64,000 nt of DNA from Paraspadella gotoi. Lineage: Eukaryota; Animalia; Chaetognatha. The stretch is from positions 4,168,931-4,232,930 of the forward strand of contig CM119266.1 in the NCBI GenBank assembly GCA_051294375.1, read 5' to 3'. The position numbers were made by a program, and so were the translations under genes. Under the pieces are notes generated by a model. The model saw only the letters and a list, made by a program, of their open reading frames with translations. It was not told the DNA's origin and did not search any database. Shown here piece after piece: positions 26,115-38,725 of the stretch; within the stretch, counting starts at the first letter, position 1, and every line of letters starts with the position of its first letter.

Positions 26115-28769
26115 CTTCCCTCGGCTCCCATTGAAAGTAGGATTCTGCCACGACGGCGGAAAGACCATTTCCTTATCGCTTCTCTTTTTTTAGCTGAATC
26201 TTTTTTTCCCTCTCACCCATTTGAATTCTGCGATCCGGCTGAATTCTTCCGCCTTCCAAAACAATCCGTACATGTTACAATAATGTAATTTGCGCGCCAA
26301 AGTTTAGTTCTATCCATTTGATGTGTTTGTCTTACGCCAGTTTAACGAAAATTTATATGGATAAAATTCTCAAGGTGGTATTTATATTTACTCACTGAGA
26401 CTTAAGACTTGCTTAATTATTTCATCGGAAAAATCAACTGTAGTACTAGTAGAAATGAGAATAAATTGTAATCAATTTTAAATTTGGAACGTCTGGTTTT
26501 TGTTTTCATTTTTCCCGTTTCGATTCATCGAACTTGGAACTTTGAGTTTTTTCTCTCTCCGTTCGCTGCTGACGAAGCGATGTGTCTCTCTCTCTCTCTC
26601 TCTCTCGCGCGAATGTTCGAGTGAGAGCGAGTCAGCCGCGTTGGTTTTCCAATGTCCATCGCTCAACTCAATAACAGATACTTGTAGTTGTACACTTTTC
26701 ATTGACTTTCAGCTTTTCAGGCCACTCGATGTCTATCGCTCCCAACTCAAAAGTTTGTTTATGAGTTCCTCACCAGATGCGAGTTTTCTGTTTCCAAATG
26801 ACAGGATCGTCGCGGTGGGTTTTCGTCTCGCAGCGGCAGCCGCTGCGGCGTGGAATACCTAGAACTTGCCCTTTGAACGGAGCGTTGATTACATACGGGG
26901 CAGCTGCGGCTGCCTCAACCTTTCCTCTCGGCTATCGGCCTTACTCAAGTCTCCAGAATTTTGATTGCAGGAGTTATTTTTTTAAGTTGGCGAAATTGAG
27001 CCCCTCTAAAAGTTAAATTAGCTTTAATATTATTCTTTATAGTCAAGTCTCGACTTAATAAAAACAGATAATAACTTGTTTTACCTTCAGGAATAGTTTT
27101 TCTACAAAAAGACGATTACGAGTTTATTTACCCCTGCGTTTCTCAACTACCTTTTTTCTACTGAAGCGAAGTGGGAAGGTATTTCAATTCGTCATGAAAC
27201 AAGCTGAATTATAAAAAGATACCGAAAGTTTAATTGTTATTATTTATACTCAACTCGCCATGCCTTTTCAACCTACCATCATCTTATGTTACAACTTAGT
27301 AGATGTAGTTACGCTACTAAGGCTTCTGCTCGTCCTAGTTTATGTAAGTAGAGCATAATTTAAATATAATTAAGACCACCAAGAAATTACTATCGACTAC
27401 TGATAAAAATATGTGCCTTTAAAATGTTTTAACCTCATTGTTTTTGCTTTAGTTTTAGTAAAATTCTTTTTAAATTTTAAGAATTAAATCATTTTTTAAA
27501 ACTTACAATTTTATACTAAAATAAGTGTTGTCGTGGTAGTTGTTATTGTTGTAGTCACTAAAGCATTAGTATTAATAATACAAATAAAATTAATATTTGC
27601 ATTATTTTTAATTATTCGCTATTCCTCACATCACTTGGCATTAATTCCAGACTATTGCTTCCGCCAACGCTTCAAATGTAATCGCCAATGAGGACAAGGA
27701 TAAAACTCAGTCGGCCACCGATTCGCCGAATGTTTCGCAAGACTTGACGAAATCTCCAACTTCGCCACCTCAAGAAACCGCAAACTCGAATGAGAGAAAA
27801 GATTCCATTCACGGAGAAACTGTAAAAAAAACCGAGGAGACGAAAAAACCAAAGAAACTTCTTCCCCCAACTCGTCCGTCGATCCCTCCGCCGCCGCGAC
27901 CCGCCAAAGCGCCGCCGCCGAGACCGCCGCGACGTCTAGACAGCCAAGAGCTCCTCGATTTGCCCGTCGATTCCGATCCCCGGGGTTTGATAGACGAACC
28001 TATAGATTCGGATGACAAGGTGTCGGACCCCGAATTCTCGGACCCCGAAGTCTTGGACCCGGATGTGGAATCGGACGTGATCGTCGTGAGAAGACCAAAG
28101 AATGACAAACCGACGCCGAATGATAAAAGAGACAGCGGGATCGAAGGCCTCGATTGGGAACCCTCCACGCCACTATCGCCATCTTTCGACGCCGTTGAAG
28201 AGTTTCCAGAGTCTGAAAACCAAAAGGCCCCTCTGTCGCCAACTCTCGATGCCGCTAGAGAGTTTCTGGATACCGCAACATCCGAGATCCGAGTAGTGCC
28301 TCAGTCGCCGAACCTCGAAGCCGGTAGAGACTTTTCAGAGGCTGAAACCACAATGCCGACGTCAGAAAACCGACTAGAATTTAATAGAGAAGTGATGATA
28401 TCGAATCCTAATCTGAGTCGATCTTTGCACGATCTCTCCAGCATCGATAAATCCGAATTCGAGACGGTTAACGAAATAACGAAAAGAGCCAAAGTGGAGC
28501 CTCTGTCCTCGGGGAGATTTCCATTGTCCATTTCCGATTCGGACGATGACGAATCTGATAGAGATGATAACGAAGACGACGATTCCAGCTCAAACGCATC
28601 GTCCGAAAATGAGTTCGAATTTGATAATAATAAAGAATCGGTTTCCGTATCTGCGAATTACTTCTCCCCTTCGGTGTCAAGCCCAAGATACGGACGATCG
28701 GAAATTGGCTCCAGTTTGGCTTCTATTCCAGAAGTCGATGAAGAAAACTTTATTGACGATTCTACCACC

Positions 28770-28800
<31 letters not shown>

Positions 28801-31800
28801 TTTCCGTGGAAGAAGACAGTTTGGAGGGAAGCCGATTTGTGTTAAATAGCCCTGACTTGGGATCAAACGCGCGATTGAGTAAGAGTGAAGAAGTTTTAAA
28901 CGTAGCCAATACACCCTTAGTGCCTTTTCAGTTTGTTGATGTGAAGGATCGTGTATCTAAAACAACAATTATCACGGAAGAGACAGTTGTAGAAGAAACA
29001 TTTAAAACGTCCACTATTTATAATGACCCAGGTTTTAACAAATCTAGCGCCGACCGAAAAGTAGACTCTAATGAAACGACAAAAGAAAGAAAGTATATAA
29101 ATATAAAGAATTCCACCCACAAAAAATTGCCAGAAAACATTGATCTGTCAATAACTCATCCCAAAATAGATGGCACACAAAAAGAACGGTATTTTGAAGG
29201 AACGCTATTGCAAGAAAGAAAAAATAAAACTCACTGTAAAGTTTATTGTCTTGTAAGAGGTACAAAGATGTTAATGTATAAGTTTTCCGCACCACCTATT
29301 CAAACTAAAAATATAGAGCAGCGTAGTGATTTAACTATTGATTTATCTGAAGCAGAATGTGAAATATTTCCCTCTTCTTGTGGTTATCCTGGACTTTTTC
29401 GTCTAAAATTAAATATCGGAGATGAATATTTATTGCAAGCCCGAGATGACATTGAAATGCGTTTCTGGGTTCATAAAATAGGAACAGCAGCAATTATTAA
29501 AAGCATTCGGTCTACAACTAAAGCCATGATGGAGTCTTTACATTATTACATTGAGGATACTATTAAGCATGATTTAGAAAACCGTAATATGTATAAAGCC
29601 TGTATTTCTGAAAAAACAGAAAGTTCAGATAGTCTTTCAGTAAACTCTCTTGAAGATGTTTCCGTCTCGGGGACTAATATTACTCCTGAAAAAGGGGTAA
29701 ATGTTAAAAACCTGATCTCATCCATGGACAAAATATTAAGTAAAGAAAGTGACGAACAATCTTCAACCAAAACTGAACTTGTAGCAGGTGGAAGGGCAGT
29801 TAAGGATAAGATAAAAATGTTTGACAAACTTCTTCCACCTGTCGAAGATAAGTCTTTTTCTTCTGAAAAATTAAATGCAAAGAAGTTTGCTTCAGAATCA
29901 AAAAGTCCTACTGAACCGAGTGTTTTGTCAGAAGACCCAAAAAAACTGAAAGTTGTTATGAAAACTCCCGATGGTAAATCAAAAGTTATGCTAATTACCA
30001 TGAAGAAATCCCCAGAAAATGCTAATGCTAGTAACTTAAATACACATTCCATTGAAACAGAGAGTCCTTCTACTATGCCAATTAATATTTCAGAAGAAAA
30101 TAGTTTAGTAGAAGAAAAAGATAATTCACTAAAAGAAACTGTGAATAAAAAAACTTCTACTGCGACTAGAAAACGAATAATAGTAAAGAAAAAGTCTAAG
30201 AAATATACCAAAAGTAAATCATTGAATGACAACCTCAATGGAATTAAAGCTCCAGAAAGTTTCAAAGAGCCATTTGATAATCAAAGTGATGGGTCTTTTT
30301 CGGTCAGTAAAGAATCAATGGACGATATATCAAGTGAAAATGAAGATAAAAATTTTTCAGAAATTAATCTCAATAATTCTGATGAATCTCTTTCGGTTAA
30401 CAAGGATTCCTTTCATGATAATTCATTTAATGATAAAAATACAAATGAACATTTTAATGATGTGAGTATTAATCAAACGGATAAATCTCTGTCGCTAAGC
30501 AATGATTCATTTTTTAATATTTCAAGTGAGGAAACTCATGCAATTGTCTCTAATATGACGGCTAAAAACACAGAAAATGATAAGGCAGCTGAAAAAACCA
30601 TGACCGATCCCGCAAATTTAATGAAACTAACAGATGACTCTAATTTGGATATTGTAAAAACTGGTAAATATAAGGATAACACTTTTTCAGAAGATACTTC
30701 CCAAATAGTAGATAAAGAGCCTTTTCCAAAAAAGTCTGTTTCATCCACCATCAATTCAACAGAATCAAATGCTGACATTAACTCAAGCCCAAAACATACT
30801 GAATCTGATATATCAATGTCAGAAATGAAAAATTCTAAATCGGTTGAGTTGTTATCTGTTGTTGGTTCAGTTGTTAGGCAAGAATTAGGATATAATAATC
30901 CATCGGATATAGTAGGAGATCTTAATTTTGAACATTCTAAGAAAGAAACAAATGACTCTTCTGATTCTTTAAATGATAAAGGAGCAATTGATTCTGTTAA
31001 AAAGCAACCAAAAAAGGTCGTAGTTATTACTATTAGTAAAAAACCCAAACCTGTTACATCTGAGATTCAGAAGAGCCAAGACTCTTTGAACGTGGCTTAT
31101 GAAGAGGTTGTTCGTGAAGCAAATAAAAGTTTAAAAGAACAAAATCGAAAATGTCAAATTGTGAATGGAATTGATGAACATCAGCATTGTGAAAGTGAAC
31201 ATAAATTTTTAGTTGAAGAAAACTCTGAAGGTAATAGTTTTTCTTTAAATGAAACTAGTGGGTGGCATGACAGTTTAACCCAAAATGATATAACATTATT
31301 TAATAATACTCAGTTTACAACTGATGAATCTTGTAATTTGGAGAATGATACAATTGGTCATCTCGCTGACGTATCGAGTTCTGGTGATGCTTCTTATGAT
31401 GAATCCACCCTTCCAACTCAGTTGTCAGTAGATACTAGCTATACTGAAATAGAACCAACCCTTTCAGAGTTAACCGTTGTGACAGATTTAACAGAGGATT
31501 TGACAGTACATGCCAGTCCAGCAAGTCAACAAATGGATTGGGAAATGGAACCCTCTATGATAAATAACAATAAAAAGGCATCAGATCCGTTATTAACTCC
31601 TTCCAAGGATGAAAAACCCAATTCTCCCAGTAACAAAGCTTTAAGAACTGTATTATACAAATCAAAATCTAAAAATAATGATGTTCACTTTGAAGGATTA
31701 ATCAACCGTAAGCATGAAAAAATTAGTCGGAATAGAAAGTCGCCAAATCGTAGTTGGGAAAGACTTTATGCTGTTTTACATGGCAAGCAGTTAAGATTTT

Positions 31801-34800
31801 ATAAGGATAAAAAAATTGCTCGTACTGACAAAAGGTCTTTGTATAATGATGAGTCTCCTATTGATCTCACAGATGGAAAGTGTGAAAAAGCCACTGATTA
31901 TTCAAAACGAAGGAATGTTCTCCGCCTTTGTTTGCCGGGAGGAGCTGAGTATTTGCTACATTGTGCTGATGAAACTAATATGAAACAATGGCAAAATAAA
32001 ATTATCATTGGTGCTTATCCCACAGCAGTTCTTTTCGATGGTTTTGTTGACACGCAGAGTACTACTGAAAATAACCTTATTGAAAATTTGACTGCTCACT
32101 CGCCTGACTCTTCATTGAATGATATAGAAGAAACTTTAAATCCTTATGATTATAAAAGAAAAGCAGAGGAATCCAGCCATCTCACAGAAAATGCGATTTC
32201 AGAAACTGTTTCAGGAAACAAAGAAATTTCTGATAGTGAAGCCTCTGATAATTGTGTTTTATCGACAAATTCATTTGTATCAAAAAATTCTCTCAGTCTA
32301 TCTACAGAGTCAGAATCAACATTACTACCTTCTTCTCCAAGACAAGATCATGATGACCTTGGAAGTGATCATGCAAATAATGAAATTGATGTGACATCCG
32401 AAAAATTAGAAAAGGAGGTTCTCCAAAAGTCACACCTCAAAGATGCTTCACGCGTATGCGAATTACTTGAGGAAATGAAAAATGACTCCAAGTTTGATCA
32501 AAGAGAAAAATTAGATGAATCAATTGGTTCAGAAATTGAAAGTGAAACTTCGGAACCTTCTGTAAAGAGAAGGTCTAAGGAGAGTAAAGACAGAATGAGC
32601 TTGGTCATTGGAGAAATGAGAAAGTCTCAAATTTTTGAAAGAATGAGAAAAGAATCACTTGGTACAGAAGATGATCAAAATTATGTTCCTTCCTTAGTAG
32701 AAAAGCCAGTCAGACCAATCGTACCTATTAGTGATCTTGCAAAAAACTTAGAAACAAAGCTTTTCAACAGAACAAATTTTCTTGCGCCTGAGGATGATGA
32801 TGAAACTTTTGTGAAAAGAAGAATGTTTACAGAAGAAACTAACTCTGAACTTGAAGTTTTATTAGACAGAAAGCCTACAGTTCCAGAACCTCATGTTTCC
32901 GATCTTGAACAAATTTTGCCCCAGCCATATACCAGCTCTCCTTTTGATGAGAGAAAATTAAATATTTCTTCAGAAATTGATGAAACTGCAAGTTTTGCTG
33001 GAACCAATGACGAATCTATGTATTCAGTAGGTTCAGTTTCTATCTCTGAGGCTGATCTGATTCATGATCCCTATGAAGGGTACTTGAACAGAAAGGTGAA
33101 GTATAAAAGGGCTGACAGAATGTCCGAAGATAGATCCTGGAGAAAAATATTCTGTGTTTTGAAAAATGGTCGTATGCGTATTTATAAAGATAAAAAGAAT
33201 TTCGAAAATAAGCCTAAATCTTATTTGCATCGTGAGAGGCCTATAAATCTTTTAGGAGCAAACTGTCACAGTTATTACATGCCCCACGAAAAAGAACCTA
33301 AAAACGTATTCCGTTTAGAACTTCTAAATGGTGCTGAATATTTATTTGATGCAAATGATGCCGCTGATAGAGATAATTGGGTGCTCAAGCTTAATCAAGC
33401 TATTCAAACCCAGTTGATATCTTTAAAGTATCCAGACTTAAAAGAAGATGAAATCAGTGTTCCTGATGATGCGATTGAGACTATTCCGAATCGACCACCA
33501 CCCGATTGGTTGGATGAATATTTTGAAGGATCTCTAATTAGAAAACAAAAATGGTTATCAGCTTCAAAAATGGCTGACAATAGATCTTGGGAACGCTTGT
33601 TTTGTGTGCTCCAAGGAAATAAAATTGGTTTTTATAAAGATAAAAAAACATTTGAAAAAAATTCCGAAAACACCTATAACAAAGAAACAAAACTCGATCT
33701 AGCTGGTGCTGAGGCAAGGTCCTTACCAAATTTTAGGAAAAAATACTCCTTCACATTACGTTGGCCCGACGGAAGGTTATACATATTTCAATCTAGTGGT
33801 GATGATGAAATGAATTTTTGGATTTACAAACTCAATAATCAGAGTCAAATATTTGATATGGAGCCAGCACCGTCGGTATCTTCCAAGAGAACAAAGAGTG
33901 CAAATTATTTAGACAGTTTGGATGATATTCTTAGTGAAAGAGTTGATGCGCCATCTGTTATGCGAATTGATACTCTGGAAGTTTTATCAACTGTATCGTC
34001 ATCAAAGCGATCTGTAAGAAGTCATAATTCATAATTTTTTTTTATTGATTTAAAAACTTTTACTCTCTTTCGTCTCGTTGTTTTCAATTGTTTTTTATAT
34101 TGGATGTATTTAATTTCTTTTGGTGATAAATTGTAAACAATTGATTGCATGAAATAAAGATATTTTATTTTTTGCCCTTTCTAATCTGACGCTATTTGAT
34201 TTATACTGTCGAGTGAGTTACATTCAAATAAAATTAATGTACCGGAAAGAGTGAAGGAAAAAGAAGGAAAAAAGTAATTAATTGAGAGAAAAGAAAACTA
34301 AAGATTAAGGAAGCAAGAGGGACAAGAGTTAAAAAGGTAAGGAAAAGGAATAAAGAGCTTTATTATAAAGCTAAGGCAAATCAGCTCCAGTCCCAATGAA
34401 GTATTCTTTAACTTCAACTTCAAAACCAGATAAAAATTTGACATTTGATTTACGATTATTGCAACAAATTTTGATTACAAAATTTATTTTAAAGAAAACG
34501 CGTAAATCAGTGATCCAAGGAGAATACGAATTACATCGAAAGGCGTTTCATGCTTATTGTTTGATATATATATATATATATATTGTATTACTGTAATCAA
34601 TTTTGATTTTTATTTATTTATTTTAAGAGCGAATTGGAAAATGGCGCTAGTCGTAAGCGAACGAGGCACAAAGGTCGGCATCGAAAGGAAGATCGCAGAC
34701 GTCGAGAAAAACGACATAAAAATCGTCTAAGGTTAATAAATCTCAATTTTAAAACTTGGTACATACTAATTAAACCAGTTACAGACTAAGACCAAGTAAA

Positions 34801-37800
34801 AGCATTATATTTGACATTTTTTAAGTGTCAAAAATGCCCTATTTGTGTTTTATTTAATATCTGGGCGAACAAAGTGTCGTATCAGTAAATGTACGTATTG
34901 ATTATTAAATTTCGTTTGATTTTTCTTTTCATTATATTCGACACTTCAGAAAAAAAATTTTTTTGGAAAATATTATGAATTTTTGTTTTAAATTTTACAA
35001 ATATTTAGTAAATGATTTAATTAATCTCAAAATAACTCTTTCTTTCCCTTTTGTTTCTCTTTCCCGCTCAATTTTTTTCGCTCTCCTTTTCTCTTCAATA
35101 GAAAATCGTCGTCTTCCCAATCTTCTTCCACTTCGGACGACGCTTCTCCGGACGTGGGCGTGTCTCCCGTCAAGCGAAAATTCAAGATGGCGCCGGCCGA
35201 TGTCTCTCGTGACGTCACTGCGCATGCGGAGGACGATGCACGGGAAAATAACGTGGACTCTTTGAAACTGGTTTCGTCCTGGGAGGGCGCGGTTCTCCCT
35301 TTGGAAAATCAAGGGAAAATTATGAATGAAGACGATGCGGATGAATTTGACGAAGGTGATTGGATTAGATTAGATTAGATCAGATTAGAAAAATGAGATT
35401 AGATTATCAAGTTGTTTCAGTTTTAGATATTTTTATTTCTTATTCATCATTTCTTACCTCTTCGCCTCTTACCATGTTTCTCTCTTCTCTTTTCTTCCCT
35501 CTTCTCTCTTTCATTTCATTTACAATTCCTACAATACATAATTACGTATAATACAATACGTACAATACAATTAATCCCTACTTCCTCTTTCTTTTTTTTC
35601 CTTGCTCTTTCCTTATTATCTTACTTGAATATAATTGTTTTCTATTCCCCGAGTTTTCATCCGTTGTTTTTCACTGAGCGATATTAATTTTATTTTTACA
35701 TATTACCTACAATATTTAAGCCTCAGTTAAATAAAAACCAATTCTTTTAATTACGAAGGCGAGTTGGTGATCACTGAAGATCTTCCTCCGTCCGAAGATC
35801 GATTTTCGGAAGCAGACGACGACGATGACGACGACGATGAAGTCGTTGACGTCGATTCGGTGGACGACGTCGATCCTCGCGACCGGTGAGTCAAATCAAA
35901 TCAATCGATCGATCGAACAATCACGTCAAACCAATCAACCGAATCCACTTTACAATCGGTAAATTCAATTAATCATTCGATCAAATCTGTTGATCAAATT
36001 CTATTCAAATGTATTCGTCAAATAACTACAGAACTCAAGTGAATTAATAATAATGAATGAAACGATCAAATCATCCATCAATCCATCAAGCAAACAAAAC
36101 TGATTTAACAGTTACGTTAATAAATCTATTCAAATCTATAAATCAAGAGCAATTAATTAATCAATACCCGTCCCCTTTCCTTTCAGTTCGCTCATTTTAA
36201 AATTGAACGCGGCGGTGGACGTGGGCGACGCGGGCGCCCTCAGTCGGACTCTCACCACCGTCGACGATCGGAAGTGCATCGTCGAATATTCGTTGGGTCA
36301 CGGAGAGGAAGCGGCTGAGGAGAAATTCGGGGTTCATCGCAAGATGATCGCCAGGTTGAAGGGAGTTGGTTTCGGTTTAGGGGAATCGATATCGGGTCCT
36401 AAGTCATGACTCATGAGGCAAAATAGCTTGGTGGTTATTGAGTGGATAAATTTATTAGTATTAGTGAATGTAATTTCATTACAATGAGAAGAATGAGCTA
36501 AATGAGTTATATTTTTTCCATCCCTCCAATCGATTGTCATTAATCCCCATCAATTGTCCCATGAATTCTTCTCTCGCTTTCCCAATCCATAATCTTCGAT
36601 CTCCAATCACCACTCTTTAATCCCCACCCTTCAATCTCCTATCCCCACTCTTCAATCTCCAATCCCTAATCTTCAATCTCCACTCTTCAATCTCCAATCC
36701 CTAATCTTCTATCTCCAATCCCTAATCTTCGATCTCCAATCCCCACTCTTCAATCTCCAATCCCCACTCTTCAATCTCCAATCCTAATCTTCTATTTCCA
36801 ATCCCTAATCTTCCATATTCAATCCCCACTCTTCAATCTCCAATCCCCAACCTTCAATCTCCAATCCCCACTTGTCAATCTCCAATCCCCACTTGTCATT
36901 CTCCAATCCCCACTCTTCAATCTCCAATCCCTAATTTTCACTCCCTAAATCCCTAAATCCTCACCAGATGGAAGAAAGAAGTTGAAGTGATGAACGCGGT
37001 CAACCCATCGCTCCGAACGCGCTACTACAAAGAACTCACTCGTCGCCGGAAACGACTGGACGCGTCCGACGACGACGCCGACGCAGAAGAGGATCGAGTC
37101 ATGGCGGCGTTGCAGCGGCACCACCGACTCGACCGTCGTCTCGAAGGATCCTTGGAGGCCAATCATCCTCATCATCTCGGCCCGGACGAAGGACTCGAGG
37201 TTTCGCTCGGCGGTGTTGACGGATTTCTCGGCGATTTTGATCTCGACTCGGGATCGGCTAAGATGTACACTCCGGCGCAGAAGAAGGCCATCGTCGAGTA
37301 CGCCGTCCAGTACGGGGAGAGGGCCGCCGCTAAGAAGTTCGGAGTCCACAGGAAGAATATCTACCGGTCGGTTGAAAATATGTTATTTCTCGTTCTTTAC
37401 TAAATCATAAAGGTTAAATAATTTAAATAAATCCTACGTTCACAGTCAGATATTTTGTAAGATTATTTCCAGGTTAATGGCTTGCACCGAGCTAGCTTGG
37501 CCGTCTTGTACTATTCAGTTAAAGCCATTATTATTTTTTTTAAATATTATGTTATTTTAGTTGGAAGCGTAACCACAATTTGATGGCGAAGACGTCGATC
37601 AAGCGTCCGTCAGGCCCGCGCCTTTCCAACGCATCCGAGGTCGACGCCGGACCACATCAACTAGTGGGCGTGGCCACTGTTGACGCCGTCTCCGTCGCCG
37701 GCGGTTGGGTCTTTCCCTCGCCGCTCTCCACCGATTCTTACCCTCCAAGTCAAGACGCGCTCACGATCGAGGTTCTTAAATCTCATCCCGTCGATGACGC

Positions 37801-38599
37801 GCCATCTCGCGGTCATCGTCTCAATTTCTACGCGAATCAGGAATCAGTAGATAATTCTCCGCCGGGCGTCGTCGTCGCCAAAGCGGAGGAGGAATCGAGT
37901 CGCGATCCGATCGATCGACGTCGATCCGAATCGACAAAAGAGCATCGCGTAGGAGGAGGAGGAGGAGGAGGAAATTCGAAACGCTCTTCTTCCTCTTCCT
38001 CCTTCGTCGTTTCCTCTCCGGCGGACACTACCCGCCTCCTCCAGCTCGACTTCAAGAGCGCGCCGCTGCAAACTGCGTCGCTCTGCTCGTCGACGCTCTT
38101 CACGACGCCGGCGTTGATCGCGCGGCCGGTGATGGCGCCGGTGCCGGCCGCCGTCGCCACTACCTTCATCGCGCCGCCAATCGTGGTGCCATCTATGATG
38201 GCATCGTCGGTTTTGGTTTCCTCGTCGTCGATGGCTTTTAAGAAAGAACCCGAGCCGGAAGCGAATCGCGACTCGTCGGGCGGCGACGAGGCAATTTGGG
38301 TGTGCTCGGAGGCGGCGGCGGAAGCGGAGACGCCCTTGTCGACCGAGGCGAAGGAAACCCCTCTTTCGCCTCGGAAGGCATCAATCTCCGACGAAGACTT
38401 TGACACAAAGCAGCCCCCGGATGAGGAGAGCGCGGCGACAAAAACAACGACATCCGGGTCTCCGGATAAGGAGAATAACAAACGATCTAAAGGAGACGCC
38501 GCGTCGCCGGAACATCAACAGCTGCAGCAGACACGCGGCGCGGAGAACGAAACGAGGTCTCGGAAAAGAAAAAGGAAAGGATCCGGAAGAAATCACTAA
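20724..38599 (+). CDS. Putative nuclear DNA-binding protein (~1297 aa) with two Brinker-type (BrkDBD / pogo-like) helix-turn-helix repeats; 12 coding exons
   Basis: Exons 20724-20871, 21589-22043, 22632-23096, 23440-23732, 24311-24676, 25115-25190, 34628-34731, 35102-35355, 35759-35885, 36187-36354, 36968-37366, 37561-38599 join into one open frame. HTH repeats DDRKCIVEYSLGHGEEAAEEKFGVHRKMIARWKK and YTPAQKKAIVEYAVQYGERAAAKKFGVHRKNIYRWKR; several NLS-like basic tracts; poly-Q/P/S regions. The 25190 to 34628 junction is inferred. Confidence 0.7.
20975..21385. repeat. ~400-bp almost pure T/C polypyrimidine tract (intron 1 of the HTH gene)
   Basis: Low-complexity tttc/ttttc runs that generate the F/S/L-rich spurious ORFs. 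Confidence 0.9.
22456..22535 (+). mobile_element. 5'-truncated copy of the Penelope-type hammerhead element (3' half only)
   Basis: agtgaaaagagtcGAAAcatGTCcgtttcaaaaataaaactcgttgtt… matches 3647-3690 and 4127-4200; the CTGANGA half is missing. Confidence 0.6.
24048..24205 (+). mobile_element. SINE-like insertion (possible tRNA-derived head, A-rich tail)
   Basis: GC-rich island in an AT-rich intron with loosely A-box/B-box-like motifs (…ttggtgaagaa…ggtccggtgttctcgccc), ending in gaaaaaatataaaaa. Confidence 0.25.
27651..34034 (+). CDS. 6.4-kb single terminal exon (2127 codons) encoding four beta-spectrin-type PH domains separated by long acidic/Ser-rich linkers
   Basis: Acceptor aattccag at 27650 (phase 0), open to TAA 34034, AATAAA at 34153. 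PH domains at ~29190-29490, 31683-32010, 33069-33410 and 33519-33845, e.g. FEGLINRKHE…RSWERLYAVLHGKQLRFYKDKK…ATDYSKRRNVLRL…GAEYLLHC.DE..M..W, the beta-spectrin PH signature. The ORF-track start at 27744 is TTG, so the true start lies in upstream exon(s). Confidence 0.88.
36585..36960. repeat. ~21-bp minisatellite (ttcaatctccaatccccactc / …ccctaatc), intronic
   Basis: More than 15 visible degenerate copies between the two exons that make up the first HTH repeat. Confidence 0.85.
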
Positions 38600-38693
38600 A
38601 CAACTAACAATGAAAAAAAAATTTTAAAAACTAATATAACTTGAAAAAAAAACAAACAAAAATAACAAAAATAACTAACCGTTCGAATGACAA

Positions 38694-38725
<32 letters not shown>

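Noticed and set aside
27809-33729. Minus-strand ORFs opposite the PH exon (and similar ones opposite ASCC2, INPP1 and the HTH exons)
   Set aside because: Antisense shadows of real coding sequence; no independent motifs or splice structure.
34641-34730. ATG-initiated ORF MALVVSERGTK… as an independent start for the HTH gene
   Set aside because: It terminates at TAA just before the donor. The frame that continues into exon 35102 starts at the acceptor 34627/34628 and has no ATG.
36585-36960. Interstitial telomeric repeats (CCCTAA present)
   Set aside because: CCCTAA occurs only as part of a 21-bp unit, never as a tandem telomere array.
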